Source of the DNA: Campylobacterota bacterium
GTDB taxonomy: Bacteria; Campylobacterota; Campylobacteria; Campylobacterales; QNZT01
Reading direction: 5' to 3'
NCBI GenBank assembly: GCA_022600175.1
Contig: JAHZKW010000159.1
Span: 1-60,439, forward strand
DNA length: 60,439 nt
Every line of letters starts with the position of its first letter. Within the stretch, counting starts at the first letter, position 1. Below the pieces are notes generated by a model that saw only the letters and a program-made list of their open reading frames with translations, was not told the origin of the DNA and ran no database searches. The translations under genes were made by a program, and so were the position numbers. Below are positions 18,350-28,765 of this stretch, in pieces.

Positions 18350-18379
18350 AGCAGTGTTAGCGTTAATGCTAACACTGCT
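18350..18379 (+). promoter_or_regulatory. perfect 12-bp stem-loop between pstS and pstC
   Basis: AGCAGTGTTAGC, loop gttaat, GCTAACACTGCT. No clear T-run follows. Confidence 0.6.
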
Positions 18380-18411
18380 TACTATATCTTTTAACTTTTA
18401 AGGATCCATTT

Positions 18412-19674
18412 ATGACTGCAGGTTCTCTTGCACTTCTATTTTTTGGTGTGATCACTCCTTTATCAATTGTTGGATATTTCTTAGGCAAAAGAAAAGCAGC
18501 ATTGATCACTACCAGCGGTATCCATATGCACTCACAAAGTGACCAATATGGGTGGCTCTCATTTTTATCAGTAATTATCCCCGCAATTACTGTTGCTGTG
18601 GTAGGGATACTTTTTTCACTTTTTGGCTTTGATGCAATACCTAAAACTTTTTTAGTTGCAGCAGCATTAGCAATGGGTGCTTTAAGTTTAATCATCGGTT
18701 TGAAGATGATTAAACCTGAGATTGAAGCACGAAATATTGTAGAGAGTGTTATTCGTAAAATACTTTTTTTAGCTTCAATGATTTCAGTTTTAACAACTTT
18801 TGGAATCTTGATATCCATTATTTTTGAATCTATACGCTTTTTTAATATGCAGAGTTTTTGGTATTTTATCACTGGAACACAGTGGTCAACTGAGGCTGCG
18901 TTCTTAGAGGGAGCAGGGCGTGCAGAAGATGCTGCAGGTGCTGCTAAGGCAATGTTTGGTTCTGTGCCATTGTTTGCTGGTACATTTATGATCACCTTTA
19001 TTGCGATGCTTATTGCTGTGCCTTTTGGACTCTTTTCTGCGATCTATCTTTCCCAATACGCTACGCCACAATTTCGTAATAGTTTTAAACCAATTATGGA
19101 GATGTTAGCAGGTATTCCAACAGTTGTATATGGCTTTTTTGCTGCAATTACTGTTGCACCGCTTGTGGTCAATGTCGCTGATTTTTTTGGTTTGGAAGCT
19201 TCTTTTAATAATGCATTGGCACCGGGCATTGTGATGGGGATTATGATTATCCCGATTATTTCATCTCTCTCTGATGATGTTATTAGTTCAGTACCTCGTT
19301 CGATGAAAGAGGGGTCATATGCTTTAGGTATGACGACTTCAGAAACGATTAAAGATATTATCTTGCCTTCAGCAATGCCTGGAATCATTGCGGCAGTATT
19401 GCTTGGTGTTTCTCGTGCATTAGGGGAGACTATGATTGTGGTAATGGCTGCAGGGCTTAGACCAAATCTTACTTGGAACCCGCTTGAAGATTTGACAACG
19501 GTAACAGTGATTATTGTGGATGCCCTAACAGGTGATCAAGAGTTTGATTCGGCATTAACGCTTTCTGCTTTTGCTTTAGGTTTAGTGCTCTTTTTTGTTA
19601 CTTTGGTGATCAATACAATTTCTGTCTATATGATCAAACGATTCAAAGAGAAATATAAAGTCTCAAATTTATAG
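18412..19674 (+). CDS. pstC: phosphate ABC transporter permease PstC (long form)
   Basis: Polytopic permease with an EAA-like loop (SYALGMTTSETIKDIILP). Its position follows pstS. Confidence 0.9.
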   Translation: MTAGSLALLFFGVITPLSIVGYFLGKRKAALITTSGIHMHSQSDQYGWLSFLSVIIPAITVAVVGILFSLFGFDAIPKTFLVAAALAMGALSLIIGLKMIKPEIEARNIVESVIRKILFLASMISVLTTFGILISIIFESIRFFNMQSFWYFITGTQWSTEAAFLEGAGRAEDAAGAAKAMFGSVPLFAGTFMITFIAMLIAVPFGLFSAIYLSQYATPQFRNSFKPIMEMLAGIPTVVYGFFAAITVAPLVVNVADFFGLEASFNNALAPGIVMGIMIIPIISSLSDDVISSVPRSMKEGSYALGMTTSETIKDIILPSAMPGIIAAVLLGVSRALGETMIVVMAAGLRPNLTWNPLEDLTTVTVIIVDALTGDQEFDSALTLSAFALGLVLFFVTLVINTISVYMIKRFKEKYKVSNL

Positions 19675-19682
19675 GTGTCAAG

Positions 19683-20846
19683 ATGAAAAATAATATTTTT
19701 ACAAATCCACAATTAAAAAAAAGACATAAAAAGTCTACAATTTTCAAGTATGGAGCACTTTTTAGCGTTATTATTACCTCTATCTTTTTAATTTGGTTTT
19801 TAGCTGATATGTTTACCAAGGGTGTTCCAGCATTTAAACAGGCATGGATAAAAACTGAAGTGACTTATAATGAAAAAACAGTCGATAACCCAAGGTTAGC
19901 AATTGATAAGCGTCTTCGAAAATTAGTCAGTCGTGCAGATCTTAGAACACTTCCTAGAAAAGTGAAGGAGGATCCTTCACTGATGGGGAAAACAGTTTCA
20001 GTATGGGTTTTAGCTGATGATCAAGTTGATCAGTATCTCAAAGGGCACTATACAAAACTAAAGAGTAAGCAACAGAAATATGTTGATGAACTTAAAAAAA
20101 GTGGTCAGGTGGAACTTCGTTTTAATAACATCTTTTTTACCTATGGCGATTCTAAAAACCCTGAGTATTCTGGGCTTTTTTCTGCCGCAGTAGGAACAGT
20201 CTTAACACTGATTGTCACTATGTTATTTGCTTTTCCAATAGGGGTTATGACCTCAATTTATCTAGAAGAGTTTGCACCACGAAATAGACTAACAGAGATT
20301 ATTGAGATTAATATCAATAATCTTGCGGCTATTCCATCAATTCTTTTTGGTTTATTAGGGTTAGCAATTTTTATAAACTTTTTTGGAGTACCTAGGAGTT
20401 CACCATTGGTAGGTGGTTTGACTCTTGGATTAATGACACTTCCTGTAGTCATTGTAAGTTCTCGTGCAGCACTTCGTTCAGTTCCCTCTTCGATTAGAGA
20501 AGCAGGATTTGGATTAGGGTTGACGCGTTGGCAGATTGTAAAAGATCATGTTTTACCATTGGCAATGCCTGGTATTTTAACAGGGTCAATTATCGGTTTA
20601 GCACAAGCGATGGGTGAAACTGCTCCACTTATTATTGTGGGAATGATTGCTTTTGTACCTGATGCACCAACGTCGGTGACAGATGCGGCAACTGTACTTC
20701 CTGCACAAATTTTTACATGGGCTTCAATGCCTGAAACTGCTTATATCGAGCGGACAGCAGCAGCGATATTAGTGCTTTTAGCAATATTAATGGCACTCAA
20801 TGCTATTGCAATTTATTTAAGAAAAAAATATGAGGTTAAGTGGTAA
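19683..20846 (+). CDS. pstA: phosphate ABC transporter permease PstA
   Basis: Permease with loop [20 protein letters not shown]. It sits in the pst context. Confidence 0.9.
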   Translation: MKNNIFTNPQLKKRHKKSTIFKYGALFSVIITSIFLIWFLADMFTKGVPAFKQAWIKTEVTYNEKTVDNPRLAIDKRLRKLVSRADLRTLPRKVKEDPSLMGKTVSVWVLADDQVDQYLKGHYTKLKSKQQKYVDELKKSGQVELRFNNIFFTYGDSKNPEYSGLFSAAVGTVLTLIVTMLFAFPIGVMTSIYLEEFAPRNRLTEIIEININNLAAIPSILFGLLGLAIFINFFGVPRSSPLVGGLTLGLMTLPVVIVSSRAALRSVPSSIREAGFGLGLTRWQIVKDHVLPLAMPGILTGSIIGLAQAMGETAPLIIVGMIAFVPDAPTSVTDAATVLPAQIFTWASMPETAYIERTAAAILVLLAILMALNAIAIYLRKKYEVKW

Positions 20847-21625
20847 TGGGAAAAGATAAAAAAGCAAAGAATATTAAGGTAGAAGCTAAAAACTTAAACC
20901 TTTGGTATGGTGAAAAACAGGCACTGTTTGATGTTAATTTAGAAGTACTTGAAAATAGTATCACAGCATTTATTGGACCTTCAGGATGTGGTAAATCGAC
21001 ATTTTTAAGATGTTTGAATCGTATGAATGACCTTATTCCTATTGCCAGTATTGAAGGTGATGTAATTATTGATGGGCAAAATATCTATAATAAAGATGTC
21101 GATGTTGTTGCTGTTCGTAAAAGTGTAGGGATGGTGTTTCAAAGACCTAATCCTTTTCCAAAGAGTATTTATGAAAACATTGCCTATGCTGCACGTATGC
21201 ATGATATTGTTAAAAAAGGTCCTGAAGAGGAGGCGTTAGTACAAAAGTCATTGGAAGCTGCAAATCTTTGGAATGAAGTCAAAGATAAACTTAAAGATCC
21301 TGGAACTTCTCTCTCTGGCGGACAGCAGCAACGTTTATGTATTGCAAGAGCAATTGCGGTTAAGCCTAATATTATTTTGATGGATGAGCCGACATCTGCA
21401 CTGGATCCAATCAGTACTGAGAAGATAGAAGAGTTGATGTTAGAGTTAAAAAAAGAGTATACTATCATTACAGTAACACATAATATGCAACAAGCATCAC
21501 GTGTGAGCGACTATACGGCATTTTTTCACTTAGGTAATTTAATTGAATATAATCGTACAGATAAGATCTTTTTGAATCCAAAAGAGCAGAAAACTGAAGA
21601 CTATATTACAGGAAGGTATGGATAA
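20846..21625 (+). CDS. pstB: phosphate ABC transporter ATP-binding protein
   Basis: Walker [10 protein letters not shown], signature LSGGQQQR and Walker [12 protein letters not shown]. The ATG at 20846 overlaps the pstA TAA by 1 nt and has better spacing to GAGG than the tracked GTG at 20840. Confidence 0.92.
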   Translation: MGKDKKAKNIKVEAKNLNLWYGEKQALFDVNLEVLENSITAFIGPSGCGKSTFLRCLNRMNDLIPIASIEGDVIIDGQNIYNKDVDVVAVRKSVGMVFQRPNPFPKSIYENIAYAARMHDIVKKGPEEEALVQKSLEAANLWNEVKDKLKDPGTSLSGGQQQRLCIARAIAVKPNIILMDEPTSALDPISTEKIEELMLELKKEYTIITVTHNMQQASRVSDYTAFFHLGNLIEYNRTDKIFLNPKEQKTEDYITGRYG

Positions 21626-22290
21626 TGTTACAAAACTATAAAGAGATTATGGATAGATCAAAATCACAAGTCACTGTATTGGCTGAAGATGTTTATACTG
21701 CTTTTGAACGTTCATGTGAGGCATTTGCCAATGATGATATTGAAAAAGCCACTGAAGCCAAAAAGATGATGAAAGATGCACATAATCAAAGTAATAAAAT
21801 TGATAATGAGATTATTAAAACTTTAGCACTCTTTTCACCTGAGGCAAAAGATTTAAGAGTGTTAATTGCTTATCTCAAAATTACCAATGAGTTAACCAGA
21901 ATTAGTGATTATATCAGAGGGCATGCAAAACATATTAAAATGCAAATTAGTGGTGAAGTTGATTTAACGTTGCTTAAAAACAATGCTATCTCTTTTCATG
22001 AAAGTACTAAAAAGTCTCTTAGGGCTGCTGTTGATAGTATTCATAGTACTGATATTGAACGACTTGAACATATCCATAGAGTAGTTAATGTAGAAGAGAG
22101 TAAGTGTGATGATATCTTCTCAATTTTAGAGAAGTCACTCTTAGAACAGATCTGTGTGCTTCCAGAACAAGCAAGTGATTTTATCCGTTTTTTAGACTCT
22201 ATGCGAAAGCTTGAGCGAATCTCAGATAGATCAGTTGATATTGTGAAGCTCTCATTTTATGCACAAAAAGGTGGAAAGATTAAGATATGA
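21625..22290 (+). CDS. phoU: phosphate signalling complex protein PhoU
   Basis: 221 aa with two PhoU repeats (ELTRISDYIRGHAK and KLERISDRSVDI). Confidence 0.9.
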   Translation: MLQNYKEIMDRSKSQVTVLAEDVYTAFERSCEAFANDDIEKATEAKKMMKDAHNQSNKIDNEIIKTLALFSPEAKDLRVLIAYLKITNELTRISDYIRGHAKHIKMQISGEVDLTLLKNNAISFHESTKKSLRAAVDSIHSTDIERLEHIHRVVNVEESKCDDIFSILEKSLLEQICVLPEQASDFIRFLDSMRKLERISDRSVDIVKLSFYAQKGGKIKI

Positions 22291-22961
22291 ATGCCCTGAT
22301 CGTTTTGATCGAAGATGAAGAAGATCTTTTAGAGTTGATGGAGTATCGTCTACAAAAAGAGGGATTTGAAACTGAGGGATTCCTCTCGACGAAAAATGTG
22401 GAACCTTTTTTAGCTGAAGAGGAGGTTGATCTGATGATTGTAGATCGTAACCTCCCTGGTATTGAGGGGTCTGATTTTGTCAAGATGCTTAGAGACAAAG
22501 GTTTTATCACTCCGGTAATTTTTGTGACAGCTAAAGCCAATGAAAATGATATTGAAGAGGGATTTGAACGTGGAGGGGATGACTATATCACTAAACCGTT
22601 TAACATGAATGAACTCTCTCTTCGTGTCAAAGCAATCTTAAAACGTACTAAAAGTATTACTGAAGGAAAGATCTCTTATCGTGATATTGTCCTAGATTTA
22701 AGTACACGTACTGCATATGTGGCTAAAAATGAAGTTAACCTTACTAAATTAGAGTTTAATCTATTGGCTTGTTTTATCAAACATAAAAATAGTGTACTTG
22801 ACAGAGATTTTTTGTTAGAATATGTCTGGGCAGATGAATTTGAAGTCAAACAAGAGAAAACTGTCAATGTAACGATCAATCGATTAAAAAAGAAGATAGA
22901 TCCAGATAAAGAGAAAAATTATATTAAATCCATCAGAGGTGTCGGGTATCAAATTTGTTAA
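22287..22961 (+). CDS. phoB: OmpR-family phosphate response regulator
   Basis: Receiver domain (DLMIVDRNLPG, ITKPF) plus a winged helix (IKSIRGVGYQI). ATGA overlap with phoU. Confidence 0.85.
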   Translation: MNALIVLIEDEEDLLELMEYRLQKEGFETEGFLSTKNVEPFLAEEEVDLMIVDRNLPGIEGSDFVKMLRDKGFITPVIFVTAKANENDIEEGFERGGDDYITKPFNMNELSLRVKAILKRTKSITEGKISYRDIVLDLSTRTAYVAKNEVNLTKLEFNLLACFIKHKNSVLDRDFLLEYVWADEFEVKQEKTVNVTINRLKKKIDPDKEKNYIKSIRGVGYQIC

Positions 22962-24343
22962 GATTAAATCAACTCTATTTTAGAAATTACTTTATTCTTT
23001 TCTTCTCTACTCTCTTAGTTGTAGCCTTCATAGGCTATATTATTCTCAAAGATCTTGAGATTAATAACCACAAAACAATGCTTAGTAACATGATTGATCT
23101 TGTACATATCAAACCTACAGATGATTTAGATGATATTGCAAAAGATGTTAAAGATAGAACCGGTGTACGTGTGACAATAATCTCAGATGATGGTATTGTG
23201 CTTGCAGAGAGTGATAAAAATAAGACTTTGATGGAAAATCATAGTGATCGTGCTGAAATTATAGAAGCCCATCAATTGATGAGTGGATCATCTGTGCGGT
23301 ATAGTCAGAGTGTTAAAACCGATTTTCTCTATGTTGCTAAACCGATGCTTTTAGGAGAGCAAAATCTCTATTTTCGTTTAGCATATTCATTAGAGAGTAT
23401 TAACAAAAAGTTTTATAATTTTTGGGCAAAAGCAACACTTTTTTTCGCACTCTCTATGTTTTTAGCCTTTTTTGTTGCGATGCGTATCAATAGAAATATT
23501 ACCCAAGATGTGAATAATACTAAAGAGCGCTTGACAGACCTTTTGAATAAAAATTTTGAGGTAGAAGCTTATACAACGAATACCCGAGAGTTTCATACTA
23601 TCTTAAATCAACTACAACAAATTTCAAAAAAGCTAAAAAAAAGAGAAGAGCAAAAGAATAAATATACAAAAAATCTCAAAATGCTAAATAAAAAACAGGG
23701 TGATATTATCTCAGCAATTAGTCATGAGTTTAAAAATCCAGTGGCTGCAATTATGGGATATGCGCAAACACTTAAAGAGGATAAAGATATTAGTCCAGTG
23801 ATGGAAGAGCGTTTTTTAGAGAAGATTAGTAAAAATGCAGATAAGATCTCAGATATGATAGATCGGCTCTCTATGGCAGTAAAGCTTGATAACGATGACT
23901 TTAAGCCTAAGTTTTCAAAGTTTAAACTCAAATCTTTGCTTGAAGATGTCAAAGAGACTTTGATGCAAAAATATAAAGATAAAGAGATTAATATCGATGT
24001 CAAAGATGTGACTCTTTATGCAGATAATGCAATGATCGAAAACCTCTTTATCAATTTGATTGAGAATGCACTGAAATATTCAGAGGATGAAGTCAATATC
24101 TTTATGAAAGAGGAGAAGATTTACATTGAAGATAAGGGCATTGGAATTGAATCACGTGATCTCTCTAATATTACCAAACGCTTTTTTAGAGTAGGTGATC
24201 TCTCTTGGGATAACTCTATTGGGGTTGGGTTATATATTGTGAAGTTTATTTTAAAACTACATAGTACAGATCTTCAAATCAAGAGTGAACCTGGTGTAGG
24301 TTCACTCTTTTATTTTGATCTTAAAAAGATGCTTATGAAATGA
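22955..24343 (+). CDS. phoR: phosphate sensor histidine kinase
   Basis: Two TM segments, H-box SHEFKNPVAAI and an HATPase region. TTG start overlaps the phoB stop. Confidence 0.8.
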   Translation: MLRLNQLYFRNYFILFFSTLLVVAFIGYIILKDLEINNHKTMLSNMIDLVHIKPTDDLDDIAKDVKDRTGVRVTIISDDGIVLAESDKNKTLMENHSDRAEIIEAHQLMSGSSVRYSQSVKTDFLYVAKPMLLGEQNLYFRLAYSLESINKKFYNFWAKATLFFALSMFLAFFVAMRINRNITQDVNNTKERLTDLLNKNFEVEAYTTNTREFHTILNQLQQISKKLKKREEQKNKYTKNLKMLNKKQGDIISAISHEFKNPVAAIMGYAQTLKEDKDISPVMEERFLEKISKNADKISDMIDRLSMAVKLDNDDFKPKFSKFKLKSLLEDVKETLMQKYKDKEINIDVKDVTLYADNAMIENLFINLIENALKYSEDEVNIFMKEEKIYIEDKGIGIESRDLSNITKRFFRVGDLSWDNSIGVGLYIVKFILKLHSTDLQIKSEPGVGSLFYFDLKKMLMK

Positions 24344-25549
24344 TCAGGCTTTAATCTTAGAGAAGTCAAGTTGAAACGTACTCCCTTGATTGAGTTGTGA
24401 TTGGATGGTGAGTGTTAAGTCATACTCTTTACAGATTTCGTTAACAATATCAAGTCCAATTCCAAATCCACCTACTGCGTCTGTACCTCTTTTATAGCGT
24501 TTTAAGATCTCTTCTTGATCCTTTTTACTAATACCGATACCTCGATCCTCTATGGTAAGTTTATGATCTTTGAGGGTAACAGTGACGATTTTGCCATGAT
24601 GGCTATATTTGACAGCATTAGAGAGTAGGTTATTGACAAGTTTAGAGGCACTTTCTCTATCCATCTCTATATAACAAGGGTTAAGTTCATTTTGAATTGT
24701 AATCTGTTTGGCTTGTGCAATCTCTGCATAAAATGTGATGCTTTTTTGTACTTCAGTTTTAAGATCAAACTTTACAATTTCATTTCGCTGTTGAATATCA
24801 CTAAAAGCGATATGCGAGAGTGAGTTATAGATATCTGAGATCTGCTTAGAACTGATCGTAATATGGCGCAGTAGTTTTTCTTCACTTAACCCTTTTTTCT
24901 TGAGGGCTGAAACACTCATCAAGAGGGCTGTAACAGGGGTATTGATCTCATGTGCACTATCTTTGATGAAATGATCAATATGGGCTATTTTTTCTTTTAC
25001 AGGCTTTAGGAGGAGTTTACTGAGTAAATAGCCGATAAATGCGATAAATATTGAGGAGATAAAGATCGTTGCAAAGATAAGATATTTTAAGTTATCGATA
25101 CTTGTTTGCATACTTGCATCTTCTGCAGAGATATAGTATATATTTTGGATTGGTTCTTTGAGTTTTTTCACAAGATGTACATAGGCTTTTTCCATATGTA
25201 AACCTTCCTCATAATTATGCAAAGGAAATTTTTGGTTTGATGCGATAACTGTTTTATTCGCATCAAAAAGTGCCACAGGCAAAATATAGTCTAAAGGGCA
25301 AAAAATATACTTCTTACCGTTCATTTTTGCTTGCATCAGTCCCATTTCAACTGCCATGACACTCTCTTGGAGATCTTTTTGGCAAGTTTTTTTCTGACCT
25401 TCTAACTCTTTGTTGTAGTATAAAATAGCGATAATACTCATTAAGAGCAGGGAAGATATCGTATAGAGTGTGATAAAACTAATAAGAGAGCGTTTTTCAT
25501 CCTTATTCAAAGCTATATCCCAATCCGCGGATTGTCTGGATTTTATCAT
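24344..25549 (-). CDS. sensor histidine kinase (unknown signal)
   Basis: Two TM segments, H-box AHEINTPVTAL and G-box GGFGIGLDIV. Its stop codon abuts the phoR stop codon with no spacer. Confidence 0.8.
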   Translation of the reverse strand: MIKSRQSADWDIALNKDEKRSLISFITLYTISSLLLMSIIAILYYNKELEGQKKTCQKDLQESVMAVEMGLMQAKMNGKKYIFCPLDYILPVALFDANKTVIASNQKFPLHNYEEGLHMEKAYVHLVKKLKEPIQNIYYISAEDASMQTSIDNLKYLIFATIFISSIFIAFIGYLLSKLLLKPVKEKIAHIDHFIKDSAHEINTPVTALLMSVSALKKKGLSEEKLLRHITISSKQISDIYNSLSHIAFSDIQQRNEIVKFDLKTEVQKSITFYAEIAQAKQITIQNELNPCYIEMDRESASKLVNNLLSNAVKYSHHGKIVTVTLKDHKLTIEDRGIGISKKDQEEILKRYKRGTDAVGGFGIGLDIVNEICKEYDLTLTIQSQLNQGSTFQLDFSKIKA

Positions 25550-26159
25550 GTCCTAAAATAACACGTAGATTTTTGATATAGACACGCAGTGTGGCGTTAC
25601 TTGGCATTTCATCAAATTCCCATATATTTTGGATCAGTTCATCATTAGAGATAACCCGTTTTTGATTATTGAGAAAGTAGTTTAGTATTTGACACTCTTT
25701 TTGAGAGAGTTTATGTAAGTGTCCCTCTTTCTTGAGAGTATGTTTTTCAAAGTCAAATGAGATATTTTGTCCAATTTTAATACTCTGGTCTACTTCAATA
25801 TTAAATTTTCTCTTGATATTTTCAATACGGTGGTCAAGCTCTTCGAGTTCAAAAGGTTTTTTGATGTAATCATCACATCCTGCGACAAATCCATTTTTAA
25901 GGTGTTCAATATCTTGGTAGGCAGTGATAAGAATGGTAGGTGTGTTTTTTTGATAATCACGTGCTGTTTGTAAGACCTCTATACCATTTTTCATAGGTAC
26001 ATTGATATCAAAGATAAAGAGATCAAAGTTTGTTTCGTCAATACACTCTAGTGCCTCTTCTCCATTACTACAGAGTATTACATTATACGCTTTATCATCA
26101 AGATGATCATACATGATATCTGAAAGAATGGGGTCATCTTCAAGCAGAAGTACTTTCAT
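25503..26159 (-). CDS. OmpR-family response regulator
   Basis: Receiver (MKVLLLEDDP, DLFIFDINVP, IKKPF) plus winged helix (IQTIRGLGYSF). Confidence 0.85.
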   Translation of the reverse strand: MKVLLLEDDPILSDIMYDHLDDKAYNVILCSNGEEALECIDETNFDLFIFDINVPMKNGIEVLQTARDYQKNTPTILITAYQDIEHLKNGFVAGCDDYIKKPFELEELDHRIENIKRKFNIEVDQSIKIGQNISFDFEKHTLKKEGHLHKLSQKECQILNYFLNNQKRVISNDELIQNIWEFDEMPSNATLRVYIKNLRVILGHDKIQTIRGLGYSFE

Positions 26160-26211
26160 AAAAAATCCTTTGCGAAATTGTAATCATACTTCGTGTAGCA
26201 TGCGTGTAATG

Positions 26212-26673
26212 TTAAAGAAGATGAAAATAGCCTAAGACTTGGTAGGTACCTGCGGAGAGAATACCTGCAAAGACACCTGCTAGTAGATCATCACCCATAA
26301 CACCCATGCCTCCTTTGACATGTTTATCTACCCGCCCAATGACAGAGGGCTTCCAAATATCTAAGATACGAAAGTAGATGATGCTGAGTACAATCTGTGT
26401 TAATGTTGCTCCACTCATTGCCATCGCAAGCCAGATACCTGCAACTTCATCGATAACAATTTCGCTGGCATCATGTATGCCTGATTCTGCTTCCTCTTTA
26501 TCAATCTCTCTTACAGCTATAATCGTAATAAGTACCATAGATAAAAAGAGTGTTTCAAGTGAAAGGTAGTAAAGGATAAGTGCACCCACAGCTGCACCTG
26601 CAAGTGTGCCCCAAGTCCCAGGGGCTTTGGGGAGTAATCCCGTATAAAAAAATGTTAAAAAAGCTCTACGCAC
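26212..26673 (-). CDS. pgpA: phosphatidylglycerophosphatase A
   Basis: PgpA pattern GLLPKAPGTWGTL...VIDEVAG...RILDIWKP. Confidence 0.85.
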   Translation of the reverse strand: MRRAFLTFFYTGLLPKAPGTWGTLAGAAVGALILYYLSLETLFLSMVLITIIAVREIDKEEAESGIHDASEIVIDEVAGIWLAMAMSGATLTQIVLSIIYFRILDIWKPSVIGRVDKHVKGGMGVMGDDLLAGVFAGILSAGTYQVLGYFHLL

Positions 26674-26688
26674 GACGCTTCTCCTTAC

Positions 26689-27885
26689 TTAAGTGAGTGA
26701 TACAGTTTGGTGAAGACTCATAATTTGCATATAAAATTGCTCTTCATTCATCTCTTCTATAAGCCCGGTCCCTGGAAAAAAGTTTGTAAATTTTCCTGTG
26801 AGATCTTCAAATCTATTAGGAAAGAGATGGCTTAAAATAATGGCGGATAACTCTTTACGCACCAACACAGCTGGCGGTAAAACCCCTACTTTTAAGAGCT
26901 CATAAATAAGCTCTGAGTTATATGAGATATGATGGTGCCTACCATGTGGACATGATCTGGTACTGACGAGTGTTTTACACTCATTACAGTAGACAAACTC
27001 ATTGACAACATTCATTGTAATACCAATATCGAGCTCTTTAAAATAGTCAATAATGGACTTCGTACCATTTTTATCATAATACATGCCAATACCTTGATGG
27101 CTTTGCCCAATAGAGATACTGTTACAGCCATAGTTCTTTGCAGCAATGGAGTCTAAGATAATATTATCAAGTCCTGCAAAGAGGTAGGTGTTCTCAAAAG
27201 GGATGATAATCACACGATTTTTGGGTAAAAAGTTATCGATAAAGTACTTGAGGGTTTTGTAACGAATATCATAAGTGAATGAGTCATGTTTATAAGGTTT
27301 TAGTAAAAAGAGTACTAAAAGATCACTCTTATCAAGTGCAATACGTATCATACGCTCATGTGCTCTATGAAAAGGTTTTGCTGAGAGCATTACAGCGGAG
27401 ATTTTTTTAGCACCTAAAAGCTCTTTTTGTTCTTGAATCTCTCTTTTATACTTTTTGACTTCATCAGAGTTGATTCTTGTTTCACCAGATATTGCATAGT
27501 TACCAAGACGTCGTAAAGTATCTGCCACACCTGGATTGGAAGGGTCAGTGGTAGAGAAGATTTTCTCTACACGTTTTTCTCTATCGATTAGAAAAACTTC
27601 ATCAACAACTAATTCACCACACTTTTCATCATTGACAATAATGTCAAGTATATCATTTTTCTTAGCCGACTTTAACACTTCTTCATTACGTCTGCCACTT
27701 GGTGCTAAAATAAAAGAGAAAGGAAAGTATTTGCCTTGATAAGCAGAAGTGGCATCTACCTGTTCTGCTTCTTGCTTATTCATTAGTCGTGTCACAGGAG
27801 AGAGGATTCCCTCCTTACACATACGCAGTGTTGCTAAAGCTTCACTGTCTAAATAAAGCTCTCTATTTCTTTTTTGAGATCCCAT
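26689..27885 (-). CDS. ATP sulfurylase (sulfate adenylyltransferase)-like protein
   Basis: PUA-like N-terminus (GILSPVTRLM), HxxH nucleotidyltransferase motif KPFHRAHE and later IGQSHQG. Confidence 0.68.
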   Translation of the reverse strand: MGSQKRNRELYLDSEALATLRMCKEGILSPVTRLMNKQEAEQVDATSAYQGKYFPFSFILAPSGRRNEEVLKSAKKNDILDIIVNDEKCGELVVDEVFLIDREKRVEKIFSTTDPSNPGVADTLRRLGNYAISGETRINSDEVKKYKREIQEQKELLGAKKISAVMLSAKPFHRAHERMIRIALDKSDLLVLFLLKPYKHDSFTYDIRYKTLKYFIDNFLPKNRVIIIPFENTYLFAGLDNIILDSIAAKNYGCNSISIGQSHQGIGMYYDKNGTKSIIDYFKELDIGITMNVVNEFVYCNECKTLVSTRSCPHGRHHHISYNSELIYELLKVGVLPPAVLVRKELSAIILSHLFPNRFEDLTGKFTNFFPGTGLIEEMNEEQFYMQIMSLHQTVSLT

Positions 27886-28765
27886 ATTTTTTTCTTTTTT
27901 CCCATAAACTTTTTCTCGAAATGCCGAGCTTTTTACTTAGTTCAGTATCTGGGAATTTTGTTTGATATTTTAGAATGATATATTTTACATAGTTCTCGAT
28001 AGAGAGAATATCACCCTTTTCAAAAACACCATCGTCATTTTTTATCTCAAAAATTTCCAGATCATCAACTTGCTCATTTAAATCTGTGGTAGAGAGTATA
28101 ACACGGCGATTTTGAATAAGTGATAAAATTTTAGATTTATCACTCTTTTTTATATTTTGATAGTCAATAAGATACACTAATTCTTTCTCATGAATCTTTT
28201 TTAATTGTGATAAAGCGTCCGCATCATCTAGTGAGATAAAGGTAAAAGATTCATTATACTCTTTGGCAAAATTAAAGACAACAGCATCGGCTACTTTTTG
28301 ATATGTTGTTTTGATAAGTAATGGTAGGGGTGTTTTTGCTGTAATCTGATGAGGCGTATTTTGCTTAAGTACATGATCAATATAACTCTTATACGTTGCA
28401 TTCTCTTTTTTGAAAATAATATAATCTTGGAGATGATCAAGTTTTCGTACTAACTCTTCAATCATAAATGGTTTGAGTATATAATCATTTGCACCAGCTT
28501 TTAATGGTCCTGAAACTGTATCGTTACTAACATAGGATACCATTAAAATGACAATAGAGTTTTTATAATGTTCAATGACAGGATAAAAGTTTTGTCCTGA
28601 AATATTTGTTGAGAGTAAAACTGCATCAAACTCTTCATCTTTGATGGCATCTTTAATTGAGGAGGCACTCTCACATACATGTCCTAATTCAGTCAGCTTG
28701 GCTGAAATGCTTTGTGCCAAATAAATCTCATTCTCTACTATTAGTATCTTCATCTTTTCTTCCAA
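27863..28765 (-). CDS. atypical orphan response regulator (HP1021/Cj1608-like): receiver plus Fis-type HTH
   Basis: Receiver fold with ENE in place of the acidic DD pair and LLSTN where the phospho-Asp is expected, but KPF is retained. C-terminal HTH_8 (LSKKLGISRKSLWEKRKKYGI). The ATG at 28753 forms an ATGA overlap with the ispDF stop and may be the true start. Confidence 0.75.
   Translation of the reverse strand: MEEKMKILIVENEIYLAQSISAKLTELGHVCESASSIKDAIKDEEFDAVLLSTNISGQNFYPVIEHYKNSIVILMVSYVSNDTVSGPLKAGANDYILKPFMIEELVRKLDHLQDYIIFKKENATYKSYIDHVLKQNTPHQITAKTPLPLLIKTTYQKVADAVVFNFAKEYNESFTFISLDDADALSQLKKIHEKELVYLIDYQNIKKSDKSKILSLIQNRRVILSTTDLNEQVDDLEIFEIKNDDGVFEKGDILSIENYVKYIILKYQTKFPDTELSKKLGISRKSLWEKRKKYGISKKK

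Noticed and set aside
18369-18995. 208-aa minus-strand ORF
   Set aside because: It is antisense to the well-supported pstC gene and has no family features.
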